DNA of 64,000 nt, taken from assembly GCA_963782495.1 (NCBI GenBank), contig CAWAJU010000005.1, positions 204,260-268,259 of the forward strand, written 5' to 3'. The notes under the pieces are model-generated. The model ran no database searches. It was not told the origin of the DNA and saw only the letters and a program-made list of their open reading frames with translations. This stretch comes from an uncultured beta proteobacterium. GTDB lineage: Bacteria > Pseudomonadota > Gammaproteobacteria > Burkholderiales > Thiobacillaceae. Position numbers and translations under genes: made by a program. This document shows, in pieces, positions 32,090-42,810 of this stretch (its first letter is position 1; each line of letters starts with the position of its first letter).

Positions 32090-33246
32090 CAGAACGTCTT
32101 CCCGCGCATCATTTGTCGCTGCTCCCAGTCGATGCGCAGCAGGATCGACACTGCCATGCAGTTGGCGACGATGCCGCTGCCGCCGTAGGAAAGAAACGGC
32201 AGGGTCAGGCCCTTGGTGGGCAGCAAGCCCATGTTGACGCCCATGTTGATGCCGGCCTGCACGCCCAGCCAGATGCCGATCCCCTGGGCCACCAGGGCGC
32301 TGAAGTTGCGTTCCAGTTTGGCCGCGCGCAAGCCGATCATGAAAGCCTTGATGGTGAGCAGCACGAACAGGGCGATCACCGCTGCCACGCCAATGAAGCC
32401 CAATTCCTCGGCAATGATCGCGAGGAGAAAGTCGGTATGGGCTTCCGGCAGGTAGAACAACTTTTCCACGCTGCCACCCAGGCCCAGACCCAGCCACTCT
32501 CCCCGGCCGAACGCGATGAGGGCATGGGAGAGCTGGTAGCCACGGCCGTAGGGGTCATCAAACGGTCGCAAAAAACCCAGCATTCGTTCCATCCGGTAAG
32601 GCGAGATGACAATCAAGCCCGCAAAGCCCACCATCAGCACGCCTACCAGAGCGGCGAAAATCTTCCAGTTGAGTCCGCCCAGAAACAGGATGCCCATGGC
32701 AATGGCCACGATCACCACGAAGGCACCAAAGTCCGGTTCCAGCAACAGCAGGGCACCGGACAACATCATCACGCCGGCCATGGGCAGGAATCCCTTCTTG
32801 ATGTCATCCATGAACGCGGCCTTGCGGGTGGTGTAATCCGCCGCATAGATCACGGCAAAGAACTTCATCAATTCCGAAGGCTGCAGATTGGCGAAGCCCA
32901 GACCGATCCAGCGACGGCTGCCATTCACGACCTTGCCGATGTGCGGGATCAGCACCACCACTAGCAGCAGCAGACCGGAGAAGAATAGCCACGGCGCCAT
33001 TTGCTGCCAGGCCCGCATGGGGATCTGGAACACGGCCACCGCCATGGCGAGCGCCATCAAGGAATAGACCGCCTGACGCAGCAGAAAGTAATGGCCCTGG
33101 TGGCCGGTTTGACGCATGCCTTCAGCGGTGGCGATGGATGCGGAATAAATCATCACCAGGCCGATCACCAGCAGCGCAATGGTCAGCCACAGCAGACCGA
33201 AATCCAGTTCGGCGGTGGGCTTGAGTTTACGGGCGGAATAGATCAT
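32089..33246 (-). CDS. ftsW: Peptidoglycan glycosyltransferase FtsW (SEDS family)
   Basis: 385 aa, polytopic, with SEDS-like motifs. Position in the dcw cluster. Confidence 0.93.
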   Translation of the reverse strand: MIYSARKLKPTAELDFGLLWLTIALLVIGLVMIYSASIATAEGMRQTGHQGHYFLLRQAVYSLMALAMAVAVFQIPMRAWQQMAPWLFFSGLLLLVVVLIPHIGKVVNGSRRWIGLGFANLQPSELMKFFAVIYAADYTTRKAAFMDDIKKGFLPMAGVMMLSGALLLLEPDFGAFVVIVAIAMGILFLGGLNWKIFAALVGVLMVGFAGLIVISPYRMERMLGFLRPFDDPYGRGYQLSHALIAFGRGEWLGLGLGGSVEKLFYLPEAHTDFLLAIIAEELGFIGVAAVIALFVLLTIKAFMIGLRAAKLERNFSALVAQGIGIWLGVQAGINMGVNMGLLPTKGLTLPFLSYGGSGIVANCMAVSILLRIDWEQRQMMRGKTF

Positions 33247-34643
33247 CAGCCCGCGTCCCCACCCAATGCGTGCACTGCAGCAACGAATACCTCGGCCCGA
33301 TGCAGATAACTGCGGAACATGTCGAAGCTGGCGCAGGCCGGCGAAAGCAATACGGCGTCACCTGGATGAGCCAGGCTGCGCGCGGCCTTGACCGCATCTT
33401 CCAGCGTATCGGCGGACACGACGGGGACAGCCACGCCCGCCAGTATTCTTCCAATCTCCGGACCATCGCGGCCGATCAGAATCACCGCCCGAGCATTGGC
33501 TTCCACCGCCTGTCTCAGGGGTGCAAAATCCTGGCCCTTGCCGTCACCGCCCAGAATCACCACGACCTTGCGTCCCATGCCATACATGGCCGCCTCGGTT
33601 GCGCCGACATTGGTGCCTTTGGAGTCGTCGTAGTAAGCGACGCCATCGATGTCTGCCACCCGCTCCATCCGGTGCGGCAGGCCCTTGAAATGGCGCAAGC
33701 CTTGCAAGGCTTGGGTTTCCGGCACGCCGATGGATGTGGCCAGGGCCAGGGCCGCCAGCGCATTCGCGACATTGTGCAAACCCGTGATGGGTATCTCGCT
33801 GACCGGCATCAGCTGCCGGGAGTCCTCACACAGTTCGCCTTCGCACACGCCGAAATGCCCGGCTGTCGGCAGTGTGTGTATGCCGAAGGTCACGCGCTTG
33901 CGATCCGGCCAGGCCATGGCCATTACCCGCGGATCTTCCCGGTTCAGTACTTGCACGCCGTTGCCCGAGAATATGCGCGCCTTGGCGGCCGCATAGCGTT
34001 CCAGGTTCGGGTAACGGTCCAGGTGATCTTCACTGACATTGAGGACCGTCGCCGCATCGGCGTTGAGGCTGGACGTGGTTTCGAGCTGGAAACTGGACAA
34101 CTCCAGCACCCACACCTGGGGCATAGCGATCTCGCCCACATCCACTTCCGTCAGTGCGTCCAGCACCGGCAAACCAATATTTCCCGCCACGCAGGTGCGC
34201 AAGCCGGCCGCTCTGCACATCTCGCCCACCAGGGCGGTGGTGGTGCTCTTGCCGTTCGACCCGGTAATGGCGACCACCTTCATCGTGTAGCCCGAGTTCT
34301 GGTTGAGGGCAAAGATGGCGCGTGCAAACAGTTCAACGTCGCCCAGGACTTCGATATCCCTCGCCCTCGCTCTTGCCACCGCCGGTTCCGCCAGCGACAG
34401 ACCGGGACTCAAGACCAGCAGATCGACTGCCTGCAGGATTTCATCCCGAAATGGACCGGTGTGAAGCGCGATATCGGGAAACTTCTCCTGCAGGATGCGG
34501 GCATGGGGCGGATGGGTCCGCGTGTCTGCCACGCTGACTACCGCTCCGCGCGCCACCAGCCAGCGCACACAGGACAGACCCGTATCCCCCAGTCCGAGGA
34601 CCAGGGCCTTCTTGCCGGAAAGTTGCAGGCAGTCGTAGTTCAT
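33246..34643 (-). CDS. murD: UDP-N-acetylmuramoylalanine--D-glutamate ligase
   Basis: ORF 33246..35321 trimmed to [24 protein letters not shown] (465 aa). Its ATG overlaps the mraY stop (ATGA). Confidence 0.95.
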   Translation of the reverse strand: MNYDCLQLSGKKALVLGLGDTGLSCVRWLVARGAVVSVADTRTHPPHARILQEKFPDIALHTGPFRDEILQAVDLLVLSPGLSLAEPAVARARARDIEVLGDVELFARAIFALNQNSGYTMKVVAITGSNGKSTTTALVGEMCRAAGLRTCVAGNIGLPVLDALTEVDVGEIAMPQVWVLELSSFQLETTSSLNADAATVLNVSEDHLDRYPNLERYAAAKARIFSGNGVQVLNREDPRVMAMAWPDRKRVTFGIHTLPTAGHFGVCEGELCEDSRQLMPVSEIPITGLHNVANALAALALATSIGVPETQALQGLRHFKGLPHRMERVADIDGVAYYDDSKGTNVGATEAAMYGMGRKVVVILGGDGKGQDFAPLRQAVEANARAVILIGRDGPEIGRILAGVAVPVVSADTLEDAVKAARSLAHPGDAVLLSPACASFDMFRSYLHRAEVFVAAVHALGGDAG

Positions 34644-35725
34644 CTCAGCTTCAACGTCGACAACCCAATCAGCACCAGCATCATGGAAATGATCCAAAAC
34701 CTGACCACGACCTGCGTCTCCTTCCAGCCCTTGAGCTCGTAGTGGTGATGTATGGGTGCCATGCGGAAGATGCGCTTGCCGGTCAGCTTGAAGCTGGCGA
34801 CCTGGATCATCACCGAGAGGGTTTCCATGACGAACACGCCGCCCATGATGAACAGCACGATCTCCTGCCGGACAATGACCGCAACCACGCCGAGTGCAGC
34901 ACCCAGCGCCAGGGCACCCACATCGCCCATGAACACCTCGGCCGGATACGCGTTGAACCAAAGGAAAGCCAGGCCGGCGCCGGCAATGGCGGCGCAGAAC
35001 ACGATCAGTTCGCCGGCCCCCGGAATGTGTGGGAGCCCAAGATATCTGGAGAACACCGCGTTGCCTGCAACGTAGGCGAAGATCCCCAAGGCCGATGCCA
35101 CCATGACCGTGGGAAGGATGGCGAGCCCGTCGAGGCCGTCGGTCAGGTTGACCGCATTGGATGAGCCGACGATGACGAAATAGGTCAGCACCAAAAAGCC
35201 CAGGGCGCCGAGCGGAATCGCCACGTGTTTGAAGAAGGGCACGATCAGCTCTGTCTGCGCCGGCAGATCGGTGGTGTACACAATCGCGAGCGCGGCGCCA
35301 ATGCCGAACACGGACTGCCACAGGTACTTCCAGCGTGCGATGAGTCCCTTGGGATTCTTGTGCACGATCTTCCTGAAATCGTCCACCCAGCCGATCGCAC
35401 CAAAGCCCAGGGTCGTCAGCAGCGCGATCCAGACATAGCGGCTGTGGAGATCCATCCAGAGCAGGGTGGCAATCGCCACCGAAACCAGGATCAGCGCACC
35501 GCCCATGGTCGGCGTGCCGGCCTTCACCAGATGGGTTTGCGGACCGTCATCGCGCACCGACTGGCCGAACTTCATGATCTTGAGCCGGTTGATCATCCAC
35601 GGACCGACCACAAAGGAAATGCTCATGGAGGTCAGCACTGCCAGCACCGCGCGCAGGGTCAGGTAATTGAAGACGTTGAATGCCCTGATGTTCTGACCGA
35701 CGGTTTGGAACAGCCATAGCAGCAT
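34640..35725 (-). CDS. mraY: Phospho-N-acetylmuramoyl-pentapeptide transferase
   Basis: 361 aa with a strong MraY match ([18 protein letters not shown]). Confidence 0.96.
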   Translation of the reverse strand: MLLWLFQTVGQNIRAFNVFNYLTLRAVLAVLTSMSISFVVGPWMINRLKIMKFGQSVRDDGPQTHLVKAGTPTMGGALILVSVAIATLLWMDLHSRYVWIALLTTLGFGAIGWVDDFRKIVHKNPKGLIARWKYLWQSVFGIGAALAIVYTTDLPAQTELIVPFFKHVAIPLGALGFLVLTYFVIVGSSNAVNLTDGLDGLAILPTVMVASALGIFAYVAGNAVFSRYLGLPHIPGAGELIVFCAAIAGAGLAFLWFNAYPAEVFMGDVGALALGAALGVVAVIVRQEIVLFIMGGVFVMETLSVMIQVASFKLTGKRIFRMAPIHHHYELKGWKETQVVVRFWIISMMLVLIGLSTLKLR

Positions 35726-37089
35726 CAGAGAGCCCCTTGACCGACGAAACTGTCCACCACGCGCTCCATCTTCATGGCCCGGGACCCCTTCACCAGCACT
35801 GTCACGTCCGGCGCGAGTTCGTTTTCCAGATCCGCCAGCAACTCCTCGATGCGTTCGTAATGCAGCGCGCCGGCACCGAACGCCTGTACGCTCGACTTGG
35901 ACCAGTCGCCCAAAGCCAGCAGGCGATCCACTCCGGCCTGACGTGCCGCCAGGCCTACCTGGGCATGGAGCGCGGCGGATTCGTCGCCCAGTTCGCGCAT
36001 GTCGCCCAGTACCAGGATTTTTTTCCCAGGCCGCTGGGTCAGCACGGCGATTGCGGCTCTTACCGAATCGGGGTTGGCGTTGTAGGTGTCGTCGATAAAC
36101 AGCGCGCCATTATGACCAGCCTTGTTTTCGAGCCGCCCCTTGACGCCGGTAAAGCCGGCAAGGCCTTGTTCTATCGCGTGCAGACTCGCCCCCATGGCCA
36201 ACGCGCAGGCCGCCGCCGCCAGGGCATTGCGGGCGTTGTGCTCCCCGGCAAGCTGCAGACGAACCGACACTTCACCCTTGGGTGTATGGATGCTGAGCAT
36301 CTGGCCGCTTTGCTCGCCCGCGCTTTGCCCACGTACCTCGGCGCTGGCAGCGAAACCAAAGTCGACGACACGGCACGCTGTATTCATGCTGCGCCACTGG
36401 CCTGCATAAGGGTCATCGGCATTGATCACCGCCACGCCGTCTGACCGCAAACCCTGGTAGATCTCACCCTTGGCTTTTGCAATCGCATCGAGCGAGCCGA
36501 GCAAGCCCACATGCGCCGACTGGGCATTGTTAACCAGAGCGACGGTGGGCCGGGCAAGATGGGTCAGATAGGTCAGCTCGCCAAAATGGTTCATGCCCAT
36601 TTCCAGCACCGCGAACCGATGGCCGGATCGCAGGCGAAGCAGCGTCAGGGGGCAGCCGATGTCGTTGTTCAGATTGCCCTCGGTGGCGAGCACGCAGTTG
36701 GCGTCACCCGCTTCGGTCCGCAGTATGGCTGCAAGCATTTCCTTGACCGTTGTCTTGCCATTGCTGCCGGTGATGGCCGCCAGCGGAATTGAAAATTTCT
36801 GCCGCCAGTGGGCCGCCAACTTGCCCAAGGCGATACGGGTGTCTTCCACCACGATGGAGGGCTTGAGTTCGGGTGCGCCATAATGATTAAGTACCACCCC
36901 GGCCGCGCCCTTTGCCAGGGTGTCCGCGGCAAAGCGCGCGGCGTCGTAGGTCTCGCCCCGCAATGCAATGAATAGCTGCCCGCTGGCGATGGAACGGCTG
37001 TCGGTGGAAACCGAATCAAACTCCCCGTCCTCCCCGACCAAGTGGCTCCCCATGGCCTGAGCCGCTTCGGACAGACTCATCATGCTCAT
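35725..37089 (-). CDS. murF: UDP-N-acetylmuramoyl-tripeptide--D-alanyl-D-alanine ligase
   Basis: Start taken at ATG 37089 ([11 protein letters not shown]), with GGAGG 7 nt upstream. This ATG overlaps the TGA of the 74-codon mini-cistron. Mur ligase motif ITGSNGKTT. Confidence 0.92.
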   Translation of the reverse strand: MSMMSLSEAAQAMGSHLVGEDGEFDSVSTDSRSIASGQLFIALRGETYDAARFAADTLAKGAAGVVLNHYGAPELKPSIVVEDTRIALGKLAAHWRQKFSIPLAAITGSNGKTTVKEMLAAILRTEAGDANCVLATEGNLNNDIGCPLTLLRLRSGHRFAVLEMGMNHFGELTYLTHLARPTVALVNNAQSAHVGLLGSLDAIAKAKGEIYQGLRSDGVAVINADDPYAGQWRSMNTACRVVDFGFAASAEVRGQSAGEQSGQMLSIHTPKGEVSVRLQLAGEHNARNALAAAACALAMGASLHAIEQGLAGFTGVKGRLENKAGHNGALFIDDTYNANPDSVRAAIAVLTQRPGKKILVLGDMRELGDESAALHAQVGLAARQAGVDRLLALGDWSKSSVQAFGAGALHYERIEELLADLENELAPDVTVLVKGSRAMKMERVVDSFVGQGAL

Positions 37090-37310
37090 GACCACACCTC
37101 CGACGGCGCACTCACGGTCTCTTGCCCCTCATGTGGCTGGAGGTGTTCATTCGCGGACGTGCGGATCCCCGCTGCGCGGGGCCCCTCCTTACTGCTCATG
37201 ACCACACCTCTGCCAGCGCCGCTCCCGGTGCAGAATCTCCATGTCGGTGTGCGGTGCTCATTCGCGGACGTGCGGATCCCCGCTGCGCGGGGCCCCTCCT
37301 TACTGCTCAT
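37086..37310 (-). CDS. 74-codon mini-cistron made of two 37-codon repeat units ([19 protein letters not shown]... twice)
   Basis: Its ATG 37310 overlaps the murE TGA (ATGA) and its TGA 37088-37086 overlaps the murF ATG (ATGA). It is the tail of track ORF 37086..37913. Confidence 0.4.
   Translation of the reverse strand: MSSKEGPRAAGIRTSANEHRTPTWRFCTGSGAGRGVVMSSKEGPRAAGIRTSANEHLQPHEGQETVSAPSEVWS
37147..37205 (-). repeat. Conserved repeat core (copy 3, murE-murF junction)
   Basis: tcattcgcggacgtgcggatccccgctgcgcggggcccctccttactgctcatgaccac. Same family as copies 1 and 2, with a different hairpin loop (CCCCGC-TGC-GCGGGG). Confidence 0.9.
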
Positions 37311-37316
37311 GACCAC
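37258..37316 (-). repeat. Conserved repeat core (copy 4, murE-murF junction)
   Basis: 59/59 identical to copy 3, 111 nt away. Contains the murE stop codon. Confidence 0.9.
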
Positions 37317-38746
37317 GCCCCCAGTGCCCGCATGGCGGCGTCCACATCGGAAAACGGGTGCCTTTCGCCGGCAACTTCCTGGTAATCCTCGTGACCCTTG
37401 CCGGCGATCAACACCACGTCCGCCGCGCGGGCCATACCCACCGCTTCGAAGATGGCGCGGGCCCGGTCGGGCTCGACCTTGTAGCCTGCCTTCATGCCTG
37501 GAGTGATGTCGTCGATGATGGCCAGCGGATCTTCGTGGCGCGGATTGTCGCTGGTCACGATTACGCTGTCTGCGCCTTCGCTGGCCGCCCGTCCCATGAG
37601 CGGCCGTTTGCCGCTGTCGCGGTTGCCGCCGCAGCCAAACACGCAGATCAACCGGCCCTGGGCGGAAGTCTTCCTTAAACTGGCCAGGACTTTTTCCAGC
37701 GCGTCGGGCGTATGCGCATAGTCCACCACGACCAGGGGTTGTGCTCCGCCCCCCAAAGTCTGCATACGGCCCGGCGGCGGAACAATTAGGGACAGAAGCT
37801 CGCAAGCCCGGGTCAGCGGCACCTCCGAGACCAGCAGTGTGGTCAGAACTGCAAGCACATTGCTGGCATTGAAGCGGCCCACCACCGGCGCCCGCAATTC
37901 TGTCTGCCCCCAATCCGAACGAATCCCGATGCGCAGGCCCAAGCGGTCGGCCTGGAGTATTTCGCCGATTACGGCGCCGCGTTCAAAGCCATAACCCGCG
38001 ATGTGCAGGCCCTTGATCTCGCGCTCAAGTTGACGGCCGAACTCGTCATCCAGATTGAGTACGGCATTGTTCAGGCCGGGCCAGTTGAACAGCCGGGCTT
38101 TGGCTGCCGCATAGGCATCCATGTTGCCGTGGTAATCAAGATGATCGCGCGACAGGTTGGTCAGGACGCCCACATTGAACTGGCAACCGACGGCGCGGCC
38201 CTGATCCAGACCGTGGGAAGAAACTTCCATGGCGCAGGCCCGCGCGCCGTCCTGGAGATAGCGCGCCAGGGCTTGTTGGAGTTCGATGGCATCCGGCGTG
38301 GTGTTGGCGCTGGGGCTCAAGCTGCCGGGGAAGCCGTTGCCCAATGTGCCCAGCAGGGCAGTCTTGCGTCCCTCGCGAGCAAGACATTGGGCAATCCAGT
38401 GGGCAACCGAGGTCTTTCCGTTGGTGCCCGTCACGCCGATCATGTGCAGGTGCTCGGAAGGCCGGCCGTAGACCTGACTGGCAATTTCGCCCACCCGGTT
38501 CCTCAAGTCCTCCACTCCGGCATTCGGCACAGACCACGCCGGGTCCCAGACATAGCCCTTCCTTTCCCACAATATTCCATCGGCACGGTTGGCAATCGCC
38601 TGGGAAATAAAATCCCGACCATCCAGACGAGTGCCGGGATAGGCAGCGAACACCAGACCCGGGCCCGCCTTGCGACTGTCCGCACTCAGCGCTCTGACGG
38701 AAGTGCCCAAACGATGCAGGATGTGTTCAGCCGATTCCATGCTCAT
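37307..38746 (-). CDS. murE: UDP-N-acetylmuramoyl-L-alanyl-D-glutamate--2,6-diaminopimelate ligase
   Basis: 479 aa. VTGTNGKTS motif and the DNPR motif (SDNPRHEDP). Confidence 0.95.
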   Translation of the reverse strand: MSMESAEHILHRLGTSVRALSADSRKAGPGLVFAAYPGTRLDGRDFISQAIANRADGILWERKGYVWDPAWSVPNAGVEDLRNRVGEIASQVYGRPSEHLHMIGVTGTNGKTSVAHWIAQCLAREGRKTALLGTLGNGFPGSLSPSANTTPDAIELQQALARYLQDGARACAMEVSSHGLDQGRAVGCQFNVGVLTNLSRDHLDYHGNMDAYAAAKARLFNWPGLNNAVLNLDDEFGRQLEREIKGLHIAGYGFERGAVIGEILQADRLGLRIGIRSDWGQTELRAPVVGRFNASNVLAVLTTLLVSEVPLTRACELLSLIVPPPGRMQTLGGGAQPLVVVDYAHTPDALEKVLASLRKTSAQGRLICVFGCGGNRDSGKRPLMGRAASEGADSVIVTSDNPRHEDPLAIIDDITPGMKAGYKVEPDRARAIFEAVGMARAADVVLIAGKGHEDYQEVAGERHPFSDVDAAMRALGAWS

Positions 38747-40482
38747 GCGGGATCGGAACGGGCAGGCAGTGCCGGTTCGGTTATCCGAGTGGCGGGCGGC
38801 TCGGATATATCGGGCGGTATGCCAAGCTGGCGCAAGGCGGCCGCCATCACCTGGGCAAACACCGGAGCCGCCACGGTACCGCCGTAATAAGCCGCGCCGG
38901 AAGGCTCATCGATCATCACGGCGATGATGAGACGCGGGTCGGAAGCGGGCGCCATCCCCACAAACGAGGCGATGTAACGATCCGGGGAATAATGGCCATC
39001 GATGGCTTTGTGCGCGGTCCCCGTCTTGCCCGCCACCCGGTAGCCGGGAATCCGGGCGAGTACTGCCGTGCCGCCTTCCTCGGTAACGGTTTCCATCATG
39101 TTGCGCACTGAGCGGGCGACTTCCACCGAGAGGACCCGTTCTCCGGTCATCTCATTGACTTCCCGCTTGAGGAAGGTCAGCGGCATCACCACGCCGTCAT
39201 TGGCGAAGGCCATATAGGCCCGCGCCAGCTGCAGCAGGCTTACGGAAATGCCATGGCCGTATGCCATGGTGGCCTGCTCGACCGGTCTCCATGTCTTCGG
39301 ATCACGCAGCCGGCCGGAAGCTTCCCCCGGGAATCCCGAGCCAGGAGTCTGGCCAAAGCCGGCACGATGCAAGGTGTCCCAAAACTGGTCAGGGGTAAGG
39401 CGCATGGCCATCTTTACTGCGCCGATGTTGCTGGACTTCTGCAGCACTTCGGTTACCGTGAGTTGGGGGTGATAGTGGTCATCCCTGATCAATTTGCCGC
39501 CCACCTTGTAGTCATCGGGCAAGTCCAGAACGGTATTGGGCCTGACCAGATTGCGCTCCAGCACGGCAGAGATGGTGAAGGGCTTCATGGTGGAACCGGG
39601 TTCAAAAGTATCCGTCACCACCCGGTTGCGCGCCTGCGCCGGGTCATACTGGTTACGGTTGTTGGGGTTGAATACCGGCAGATTGGACAGCGCAAGAATC
39701 TCTCCGGTCTTGGCATCCAGCATCACGATCCCGCCGCCTTTGGCCTTGTTGGCCAGCACTGCCGCGGCCAGTTCGCGATGGGCCAGATACTGCAGCTTCA
39801 GATCGAGTGACAAAGCCAGATTGCCGCCCATCTGGGCGCCGCGTCCGGGACTGATATCGGCTACCAGTTGCCCACGGTTGTCCTTCAGGACATGCCGCGA
39901 ACCCGGCTTGCCGGAGAGCCAGTCGTCGTATGCGCGTTCCACACCTTCGCGTCCGACATCATCGACATTGGTGAAGCCCACCACGTGTGCCGTCACCTCC
40001 CCTTCTGGATAGAAACGACGAAACTCCCGATGCAGACTCAAGCCTGGCCAGCCCAGTGCCGCAATGCGTGCGGCCTGTGCCGGACTAAGCGTACGATCGA
40101 TTGCCACCTCGCCGGTCCGCTCGGTGTGCAGCTTCCTGCCCAAGTCTTTGCTTTGGAGATCAAGAATGCGGGCCAGTTCACTTATTTGCCGTTGGCTGAT
40201 TTCCGCCGTTTCGTCGGGTCGGGCCCAGAGCGCCTCCACCGGTGTGCTGATCGCCAGAGGCTTGCCGTAGCGGTCCACCACCATGCCGCGATGGGCGGGG
40301 ATGGACAACACCCGGGAAGCCACCGCATCACCCTTGCCGCGCAGGAAATTCTTGTTCAAGCCCTGCAAATAAACGGCGCGGACGACCAGAATGGCAAACC
40401 AACCCAGCAGCAATCCCGCCACCAAGGCCATACGCCAGGACGCCAGATGCAGTTTGAGCAGGCGCCTGCTGGAATAATTCAA
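38743..40482 (-). CDS. ftsI: Peptidoglycan D,D-transpeptidase FtsI (PBP3)
   Basis: 579 aa. N-terminal TM helix plus STMK, SSN and KTGT motifs. Confidence 0.93.
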   Translation of the reverse strand: MNYSSRRLLKLHLASWRMALVAGLLLGWFAILVVRAVYLQGLNKNFLRGKGDAVASRVLSIPAHRGMVVDRYGKPLAISTPVEALWARPDETAEISQRQISELARILDLQSKDLGRKLHTERTGEVAIDRTLSPAQAARIAALGWPGLSLHREFRRFYPEGEVTAHVVGFTNVDDVGREGVERAYDDWLSGKPGSRHVLKDNRGQLVADISPGRGAQMGGNLALSLDLKLQYLAHRELAAAVLANKAKGGGIVMLDAKTGEILALSNLPVFNPNNRNQYDPAQARNRVVTDTFEPGSTMKPFTISAVLERNLVRPNTVLDLPDDYKVGGKLIRDDHYHPQLTVTEVLQKSSNIGAVKMAMRLTPDQFWDTLHRAGFGQTPGSGFPGEASGRLRDPKTWRPVEQATMAYGHGISVSLLQLARAYMAFANDGVVMPLTFLKREVNEMTGERVLSVEVARSVRNMMETVTEEGGTAVLARIPGYRVAGKTGTAHKAIDGHYSPDRYIASFVGMAPASDPRLIIAVMIDEPSGAAYYGGTVAAPVFAQVMAAALRQLGIPPDISEPPATRITEPALPARSDPA

Positions 40483-40769
40483 GGTCGCTTCACCGTGTCA
40501 GTCTGGCTGGCTGCGGACAACAGCACGATCTTGTCGAGCGGCACCGGAATCAGACCCAACTCCTTGCGCGCCAACTGGTCCACGCGGCTGTGGCTGGCAA
40601 GACTGCCCACTTCCAGTTGCAATCTGCCCCAGTCCACTTCCAGTTCCCGCTCTTGCTTATCCAGACTCTCCTTGTCCATGAACTGCAGGCGTGCCCGGTC
40701 ACGCACCTGCACAACTGCGAGCGCACATGCCAGCAACGCAAGGGTCAGAAACACGTCCAGTCGTTTCAT
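40479..40769 (-). CDS. ftsL: Cell division protein FtsL
   Basis: 96 aa with a single TM helix and a coiled coil. Lies between rsmH and ftsI. Confidence 0.8.
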   Translation of the reverse strand: MKRLDVFLTLALLACALAVVQVRDRARLQFMDKESLDKQERELEVDWGRLQLEVGSLASHSRVDQLARKELGLIPVPLDKIVLLSAASQTDTVKRP

Positions 40770-41692
40770 GCCACCCGCTCCGCCACACGCAGCACAGCAC
40801 TACGCGCCCTCGGGTTAAGCGCGGTTTCCCCGGAGGACGCGTGCACCGCGCGTCCCACCAGGCGCAGGCGACCAGATCGCAAGTCCACTGCGCGCACCGG
40901 CAGTCTGGCCGGGGCTTGCTCGCCCGCAGCTTCGTCGCGCATGAAACGTTTGACAATACGATCTTCCAGGGAGTGGAAACTGATTACCGCAAGTCGGCCA
41001 CCGAGTTGCAGGTTCTCCACGCACGCAGGCAGAACCGCTTTCAACTCTTCAAGCTCCCGATTGAGGTAAATCCGTAGAGCCTGAAAGCTGCGCGTCGCCG
41101 GATGCTGGCCTGGCTCGCGGCTGCGAACGGCCCCGGCAATGACCTGCGCAAGTTGCGCCGTGGTGCGGAATGGCGTTGTCTTGCGCGCCTGAGCAATCGC
41201 GCGCGCAATCTGTCGAGCAAACCGTTCCTCGCCATAATTCCTCACCACCTCCTCGATTTCTTTCTCTTCCGCCTCCGCTAACCAGTCTGCCGCGCTCATG
41301 CCCTGCTGCGGGTTCATGCGCATGTCCAGAGGGCCGTCGAGGCGGAAGCTGAAGCCTCGTTCGGCATCATCCAACTGGGGTGAAGACACCCCGACGTCCA
41401 GCAAAATGCCATCCACCTTGCCCCAGCCCTGGGCTGTCAGCACTTCGCCCAGTTCGGAAAATCGCGCATGGACCAGCGTGAAGCGCGGGTCCCTCATTTC
41501 CCTTCCGGCGCCAATCGCGGCCGGATCCTGATCCAGCGCGAGCAGCCTGCCCTCAGCGCTCAAACAGTCAAGAATCAGACGGCTGTGACCGCCGCGCCCA
41601 AACGTCCCATCCAGGTACCGGCCATCGGGTCTGATCGCCAGCGCCTCCACAACCTCACGCGCCAGTACCGGCACGTGAGCAAACTCGCTCAC
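40766..41692 (-). CDS. rsmH: 16S rRNA (cytosine1402-N4)-methyltransferase
   Basis: 308 aa. Contains HVPVLAREV...[10 protein letters not shown], typical of RsmH/MraW. Confidence 0.95.
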   Translation of the reverse strand: MSEFAHVPVLAREVVEALAIRPDGRYLDGTFGRGGHSRLILDCLSAEGRLLALDQDPAAIGAGREMRDPRFTLVHARFSELGEVLTAQGWGKVDGILLDVGVSSPQLDDAERGFSFRLDGPLDMRMNPQQGMSAADWLAEAEEKEIEEVVRNYGEERFARQIARAIAQARKTTPFRTTAQLAQVIAGAVRSREPGQHPATRSFQALRIYLNRELEELKAVLPACVENLQLGGRLAVISFHSLEDRIVKRFMRDEAAGEQAPARLPVRAVDLRSGRLRLVGRAVHASSGETALNPRARSAVLRVAERVA

Positions 41693-42135
41693 AAAGTGAA
41701 CCCCTCCAACTCGGGAGGCATTTCCGCATCCTTGAAAGACAAGGCCTCCTCCACTCGGGCCCCCCAGCGCTCTTCACTCCAAAGTTCGATTTTCAGACCC
41801 TGGCCCACCAGAACCACGGACTTGTCCAATTCGGCAAACTGACGCAGGGAGGGGGTCAACAAGATGCGGCCGCTGGCATCGAGGTCCAGCACCTCAGCGT
41901 GTCCGACCAGAAGTTGTTGCAGTTGCCGAATGCGGGAATTGAAACTGGACAGGCCCATGAGCTTCTTTTCGATGGGCTCCCACTCGGGCTGGGGATAGAG
42001 CAGCAGGCAACGATTGGGGTCCGCCGTCACCACCACCCTGCCTTCGGCGCGGGCAACCAGCGCGTCCCGATAGCGAACCGGTACCACGAGGCGCCCTTTG
42101 CTATCCAGACTGACTGTTGTGACTCCCCTGAACAC
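41689..42135 (-). CDS. mraZ: Transcriptional regulator MraZ
   Basis: ORF 41689..42201 trimmed to a GTG start giving (M)[25 protein letters not shown] lies 5 nt upstream. Confidence 0.9.
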   Translation of the reverse strand: MFRGVTTVSLDSKGRLVVPVRYRDALVARAEGRVVVTADPNRCLLLYPQPEWEPIEKKLMGLSSFNSRIRQLQQLLVGHAEVLDLDASGRILLTPSLRQFAELDKSVVLVGQGLKIELWSEERWGARVEEALSFKDAEMPPELEGFTL

Positions 42136-42299
42136 GCTTTCCCCCTTGGCGATGGGCGAGGATTCTCCCACCTTTCCCCACCAAAAACCACTAACCCCCA
42201 CTATAGTTAAACCTTTATGGCAGAGTCAAGCGCTAATTGGAATAATTCTCAAAAAGCTCAAGCACTTAGCGAAACGGAGGCAAGCACTTCGAGCCCATT

Positions 42300-42328
42300 A
42301 AAAAACCGCGCATTAGGCGCGGTTTTTT
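42300..42328 (-). terminator. Rho-independent terminator downstream of rnpB (symmetrical, A-run/T-run on both sides)
   Basis: AAAAAA-CCGCGC-ATTAG-GCGCGG-TTTTTT. Confidence 0.65.
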
Positions 42329-42376
42329 AATCCGAACATCAAATTATATCTACAACATATTGAATTTATGTGAATT

Positions 42377-42694
42377 GGATGAGTCAACCTGTAAGCCGGG
42401 TTCTGTCATGGACAGTCATTCCTCTAGACCTGCCATCGCTGGCGGGTTCAAGCCACCTACCCGCAGACTCAGCGAGCCGCTTCGTCGCCTGCCTATTTGG
42501 TGTTGCTCCGGATGGAGGTTGCCGCGTTTCACCCTTTGTAATAGTGCCGCGATAAACTGCGGTAATCGCAAAGACTCGTCTCTGTGGCCCTGTTCCTCGC
42601 CTCGCGGCGTACGGCCGTTAGCCGTCATCCTGCTCTGCGGAGCCCGGACTTTCCTCTGCCGGCGTATCGTCGGCAGCGACTGTCCAGTCAACTC
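42377..42694 (-). ncRNA. rnpB: RNase P RNA (bacterial type A)
   Basis: Minus strand reads GAGTTGACTGGACAGTCGCTGCCG...GAGGAAAGTCCGGGCTCC...GGGTGAAA...ACAGAACCCGGCTTACAGGTTGACTC. This matches the universally conserved RNase P blocks and P1 pairing. The two ORFs called here are artefacts. Confidence 0.85.
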
Positions 42695-42810
42695 ACCCAC
42701 ATTTATTATAGGGTTGATTAATGGAATGCGATTAGCTAATGATAAGTATGGGGCCGATGCGATGACTCCTAGTTGACTTTCTCGGACACACAAAAATAGG
42801 AGAATTCAAA

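Noticed and set aside
37086-37913. 275-aa ORF on the minus strand
   Set aside because: Only its last 74 codons, downstream of the murE stop, are free of overlap. The upstream 200 codons are an alternative frame of murE. The meaningful start is the ATG at 37310.
42360-42793. Two overlapping ORFs (138 aa on the plus strand, 125 aa on the minus strand)
   Set aside because: The region is RNase P RNA. Conserved blocks GGAAAGTCCGGGCTCC and ACAGAACCCGGCTTA are present on the minus strand.
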